DNA of 64,000 nucleotides. It comes from Planktothrix sp. GU0601_MAG3 (GTDB taxonomy: Bacteria; Cyanobacteriota; Cyanobacteriia; Cyanobacteriales; Microcoleaceae). The stretch spans positions 544,001 to 608,000 of the forward strand of contig CP136572.1 of the NCBI GenBank assembly GCA_035193785.1, in the 5' to 3' direction. Of the stretch, positions 58,427 to 64,000 are shown in pieces; the first letter of the stretch is position 1; the number at the start of each line of letters is the position of its first letter. The translations under genes and the position numbers were made by a program. The notes beneath the pieces are model-generated. The model searched no databases. It had not been told where the DNA came from and saw only the letters and a list, made by a program, of their open reading frames with translations.

Positions 58427-58489
58427 CTAACTCAATTTACTATTGCTGACTTTTTCTAGGATCTCATGTTTTAACACCCTGGTCACTAT

Positions 58490-58545
58490 TGTAGTGAGTC
58501 CTTCAGGACTCAGGGTTAGATAGCCCTAAAGGGCTTACTACGAAT
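58490..58545. repeat. GTAG-type REP doublet
   Basis: GTAGTGAGTCCTTCAGGACTCA ... AGCCCTAAAGGGCTTACTAC. Similar GTAG-type hairpins occur at 54614-54641 and ~35017-35036. Confidence 0.6.
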
Positions 58546-60562
58546 CAAAAATCATCTTCAACATAGGGGATCGTAAAATGGAACTGACTCCCTTGATTTT
58601 TGCCCGGGGAATCTGCCCAAATTTTCCCACCCCAACCATTCACAATTTGTTTACTGATCGCCAATCCTAAGCCTGTTCCGCCCACACTCCGACGTAGTGA
58701 TCCTTCTTCTTGGTAAAAACGCTCAAATACCGCGTCTAAACGATTAGGTTCAATTCCCCGTCCAGTATCGGAAATCGTTACTTCTATCATTTGATCTGCA
58801 TTACATTTGGCATCAATAATAACTTTGCCATCAGGATTAGTAAATTTACAGGCATTATCTAAGAGTTTAGACAGTAGTTCTACTAACCATTCTCCATCGG
58901 CTTGAACTAAAGGTAAATTTGGTGGAACTTCTATTTTAATACCTGGAACTTGATTTTGATTATTATGGGTACGAATTCCACTAATGGCTAAATCCAGACA
59001 TTCTTTTAATCTTAAAGATTCGGGGTTCCAGTCTACTCGACCACTTTCTAAATGGGATAATTTCAAAAAATCTTGGACTAATTTTCTTAACCGTTTCTGC
59101 ATCTGTTAGGGCGGTATCTAACATTATTTTTCGCATTTCTACAGGCATATTCGGTTCTTGATTTAAGCTTTCTAAGCAAATTAAAATTGTGGATAAGGGA
59201 GTTCTTAGTTCATGTCCGGTGATGGCAATTAAATTGCTGCGGGTACGTTCTAATGCTTCTAATTGTTGGTTGAGATCTTCTAAATTGGCATAGGTTTCTG
59301 CTTGAATAATGGCGGCACCTAGTTGAGTGGCGATCGCATCTACCATTAATAAATCATCTTCTTGCCAGGGGGAAAGATTACAATTACATTGATGTAATTC
59401 TACGATTCCTAAAAGTTGACCTTGGTATAAAATAGGAATCATTAACCAACCTTTAATTTCCCATTTTTGAGTGATTTTTTTTAATGATTCTTGGGATTTT
59501 ACTGAGTTATTATTAGTATTTTTAATCCAGTCTGGATCGATTTTATCGGTTTGATTAATATAAATAGGTTCCTGACGTTTGACAACTTTTTGAAATAGGG
59601 GATTTTCTCGCAAAATCCAAGTTTTTCCGATGATAGAAACCACATCATTACATAAATATTCATTATAAATTTTAACAGAATTATCCGTTGCTTTGCAGCG
59701 ATAAATTAAACAACGACAAGCTCCCATGGCTTCCCCTAATTCCTGGGTTGCTACTTTGATCACTTCTTGAGGGTTTAGAGATTGGCGAATTGTTGCTGTA
59801 ATAGAGTTAACTAAACGTTCCTTCCGTTCTTTGGCTGCTAGGGAACGATAAACTCGTAAAAGTTCATGTTGTCCCGCTTGTAAATAGGTAACTAAACGAT
59901 AGGCAAATGGATCATTGAGAGAAGCATAATCTGTGGAGATAGTATTTGATTTGGTACGATTTGAAGATTTTTTACTTTTTTGAGCTACTGAACGAATACC
60001 ATAAATACTGTAGGCTTGTTCTACTTTTTCAGCTAATTCAGGACGGTAATATAAAGTCCGTTCTAAAAGCAATTCTGCAACCTTAATAGAAACTTGCCGA
60101 TCGGATGTCCAAATTCCTTGAAAGGGACGAGCTTGATCCATCAATAACTGTTCCGATATATCGGAATTCTGGACTAAATCTTCTCGTTCAACACAAACTA
60201 AACAGGTTGAATAATATTGTCCTAAAACCAATAAATTCCATTCTTGACTTAGTTGATCTTGTGGGTAAAAAGCCACGGTTTCATGATAATCAGAGGAGTT
60301 TTGAAACTCGGTTTCTAGCGCCGCCATCACATAAACCTGTGGTGTGAGTTCAGCAATTTTTCGGTAACGGTGAGCTTCTTGACGATAAAATCTTTCCTGT
60401 TGAAAGGTAGCAATAACCAGAGGTTGATCGGTTTCCGGCTAAAACCTGATCCTCCATCGCATGAGATAACGCAGTTAAAGAGGATTTAAAATAAATTTGG
60501 GGCTTTAAACTAGGCAAAAACTTCACCAATTCTGTTAGTACCGACGAGGTGGAGATACTCAT
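58545..60562 (-). CDS. DICT-GAF histidine kinase (Hik2/chloroplast sensor kinase-like); frameshifts near 60432, 60345 and 59095
   Basis: YFKSSLTALSHAMEDQVLA (DICT), a GAF domain, ITGHELRTPLS, LDNACKFT, DTGRGI, GGTGLGL. Confidence 0.85.
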
Positions 60563-60723
60563 TTTATATTAAATCAATAGCTTTAACTAGATTTTTAACT
60601 AAAGGCGTATTTATGTTAGTGTTAGCGGAGGAAATGCAGGTTATTTTCACTATGGTTTATGATGGTTTTGCAGTTGTTTGACCCCTATATTGCACTAAAG
60701 TGCAACGACAAATAAGATAAATA

Positions 60724-60757
60724 GAAATCCCCCACCCGCAGGCAGGGGATATTTTTA
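60724..60757 (-). terminator. Probable intrinsic terminator after psaB
   Basis: On the minus strand, ATCCCC-TGCCTGCGGGTG-GGGGAT hairpin followed by TTCTATTT. Confidence 0.55.
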
Positions 60758-60793
60758 ATTACCAATCAAACGAGGATGCAGTTAATAGTTACA

Positions 60794-63023
60794 TCAACCG
60801 AACTTACTCGCAGTCGAGGCAATTAGGAACGCTGCGTAGGTGAGGATATAACCAACGGTGAAGTGAGCTAAACCAACCACACGAGCTTGAACAATGGACA
60901 GAGCCACGGGTTTGTCTTTCCAACGAACTAGGTTCGCCAGAGGAGTCCGCTCATGTGCCCAGACAATTGTTTCGATTAACTCTTGCCAGTAACCCCGCCA
61001 AGAGATCAGGAACATAAATCCAGTCGCCCAAACTAGGTGTCCGAACAGGAACATCCAAGCCCAAACCGAGAGGTTATTGGTTCCATAAGGGTTGTAGCCG
61101 TTAATTAACTGAGCGGAATTCAGCCACAGATAGTCACGGAGCCAGCCCATCAGGTAGGTAGAGGATTCGTTGAACTGAGCAACGTTTCCTTGCCAGACGC
61201 CCAAATGCTTCCAGTGCCAGTAGAAGGTAGTCCAACCAATGGTATTCAGCATCCAGAACATCGACAGGTAGAAAGAGTCCCAAGCAGAGATGTCGCAAGT
61301 ACCGCCACGGCCAGGGCCATCACAAGGGAAGGCATAACCGAAGTCTTTCTTGTCGGGCATCAGCTTAGAGCCACGGGCATCCAACGCACCTTTGACCAAA
61401 ATCAGGGTGGTGGTGTGCAGACCTAGAGCGATGGCATGGTGAACTAAGAAGTCTCCAGGGCCAATGCTCAGGAATAGGGAGTTGCTACCAGAGTTGATAG
61501 CATCTAACCAACCGGGCAACCAAACGTTACCAGCGTTAGGCCAAGCAGTGGTGGCGATGCTGTCAGCGTTGGACAATAAAACATCCATGCCGTACAGCAC
61601 TTTACCAGAAGCTGCTTGAACGAATTGAGCAAAAACCGGTTCAATCAGAATTTGCTTTTCGGGAGTTCCAAAGGCAACCACCACATCGTTATGGACATAT
61701 AAGCCCAGAGTGTGGAAACCCAGGAACAGAGACACCCAGCTTAAGTGAGAGATGAGGGCCTCTTTGTGCTGTAACATCCGATCCAAGACGTTGCCTTTGT
61801 TCTGTTCGGAATCATAGTCGCGCACCAGGAAGATTGCCCCGTGAGCGAAAGCCCCGACCATTAGGAACCCAGCAATATATTGGTGGTGGGTATACAGCGC
61901 CGCCATCGTGGTGTAATCCTTAGCGATGAAGGCGTAGGGAGGCAGCGCGTACATATGTTGCGCCACCAGGGAGGTGATCACACCCAGCGCGGCCAGAGCA
62001 AATGCTAACTGGAAGTGCAGGGAGTTATTCATGGTGTCGTACAACCCTTGATGAGGCAGGTTGAACGGCCCTTCATTTTTGATCCCGAACAAAGGATCTT
62101 TGGAATTCATCATTTCTTTGATGCTATGACCAATTCCAAAGTTTGTCCGGTACATATGGCCGGCAATGATGAATAACACTGCGATGGCCAAATGGTGGTG
62201 AGCCATATCCGTCAACCAGAGAGACTCAGTTTGAGGATGGAAGCCACCTAAGAAGGTCAGAATAGCGGTTCCAGAACCCGTAGAGGTTCCGAAAATGTGA
62301 CCTGCGGTATCTGGGCTTTGTGCGTACACACCCCAGTTACCCGTGAAGAAGGGAGCCAGACCCGCCGGGTGGGGCAGAGTGCTGAGGAAATTATCCCAAC
62401 CCACGTGTTGTCCGCGAGATTCAGGAATGGCAACGTGAACCAAGTGACCAGTCCAAGCCAGGGAAACTAACCCCGAACAGACCTGCCAAGTGGTGGTTCA
62501 AACGAGATTCAGCATTCTTGAACCAAGACAGACTGGGACGATACTTCGGTTGTAGGTGTAACCAGCCTGCGAACAGGAAGGTAGCAGCCAAAAGCAACAG
62601 GAAGATAGACCCTTGATACAGGTCAGCATTTGACCGCATCCCGATGGTATACCACCAGTGGTACACCCCAGAATAAGCGATGTTAACTGGGTTAGAAGCA
62701 CCCGCTTGGGTGAAAGCTTCTACCGCAGGTTGGCCAAATTGGGGATCCCAAATGGCGTGAGCAATGGGGCGAGTATTTAAAGGATCTTTAACCCATTGTT
62801 CAAAATTACCTTGCCAAGCTACATGGAACAGGTTGCCTGAAGTCCAGAGGAAAATGATAGCGAGGTGACCGAAGTGGGAAGCAAAGATCTTTTGGTAAAG
62901 ATTTTCCTCTGTTATACCATCATGGGTCTCGAAATCATGGGCTGTGGCAATCCCGTACCAAATCCGACGTGTTGTCGGGTCTTGGGCCAAGTCCTGGCTA
63001 AATTTTGGGAATTTAGTTGCCAT
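60794..63023 (-). CDS. psaB: Photosystem I core protein PsaB; frameshift near 62465
   Basis: [25 protein letters not shown] motif [20 protein letters not shown]. Confidence 0.98.
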
Positions 63024-63114
63024 AAGTCCTAGCTAAATCGTGTTCTTTGTTATTCAGCTTCAGGGGGAAGGGAAAAGCTGATTTAGCCAATCCCAGCCCC
63101 TGAGCAGAGAGTTT

Positions 63115-64000
<886 letters not shown>

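Overview
Chromosomal window from a filamentous cyanobacterium; the frequent HIP1 octamers (GCGATCGC) and the repeat families look Oscillatoriales/Planktothrix-like, which is inference. Housekeeping content: ftsY, nusB, aroB, petL, shc/hpnB, phoH-khpA-rpsP, ndhD/ndhF, trxC, por, a Hik2-type kinase and psaB/psaA. About two dozen genes, including essential ones, are split by single-base indels, most likely sequencing errors. A defence/TA island lies at ~1.6-7.9 kb: a TIR/TSD-bounded cargo element, a Uma2 remnant, an AbiE pair, a HicA-like pair and a fused BcgI-like R-M-S gene. Three highlights. (1) A 416-bp TnpB-less IS200/IS605 mini-element retaining an omegaRNA-like 3' end, a putative promoter and a boxA, inserted between the AT and G of the apparent start codon of a GLIC-like pentameric ion channel gene. 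(2) A recurrent intercistronic cassette, (GGGGGAGCA)n-invariant linker-(TTACCCA)n-(TTCGTAA)n, whose 9-mer also invades ORFs in frame. (3) A multipass Ser/Thr kinase followed by two orphan substrate-binding proteins that share one N-terminal anchor. Family assignments come from motif recognition; no database searches were run.
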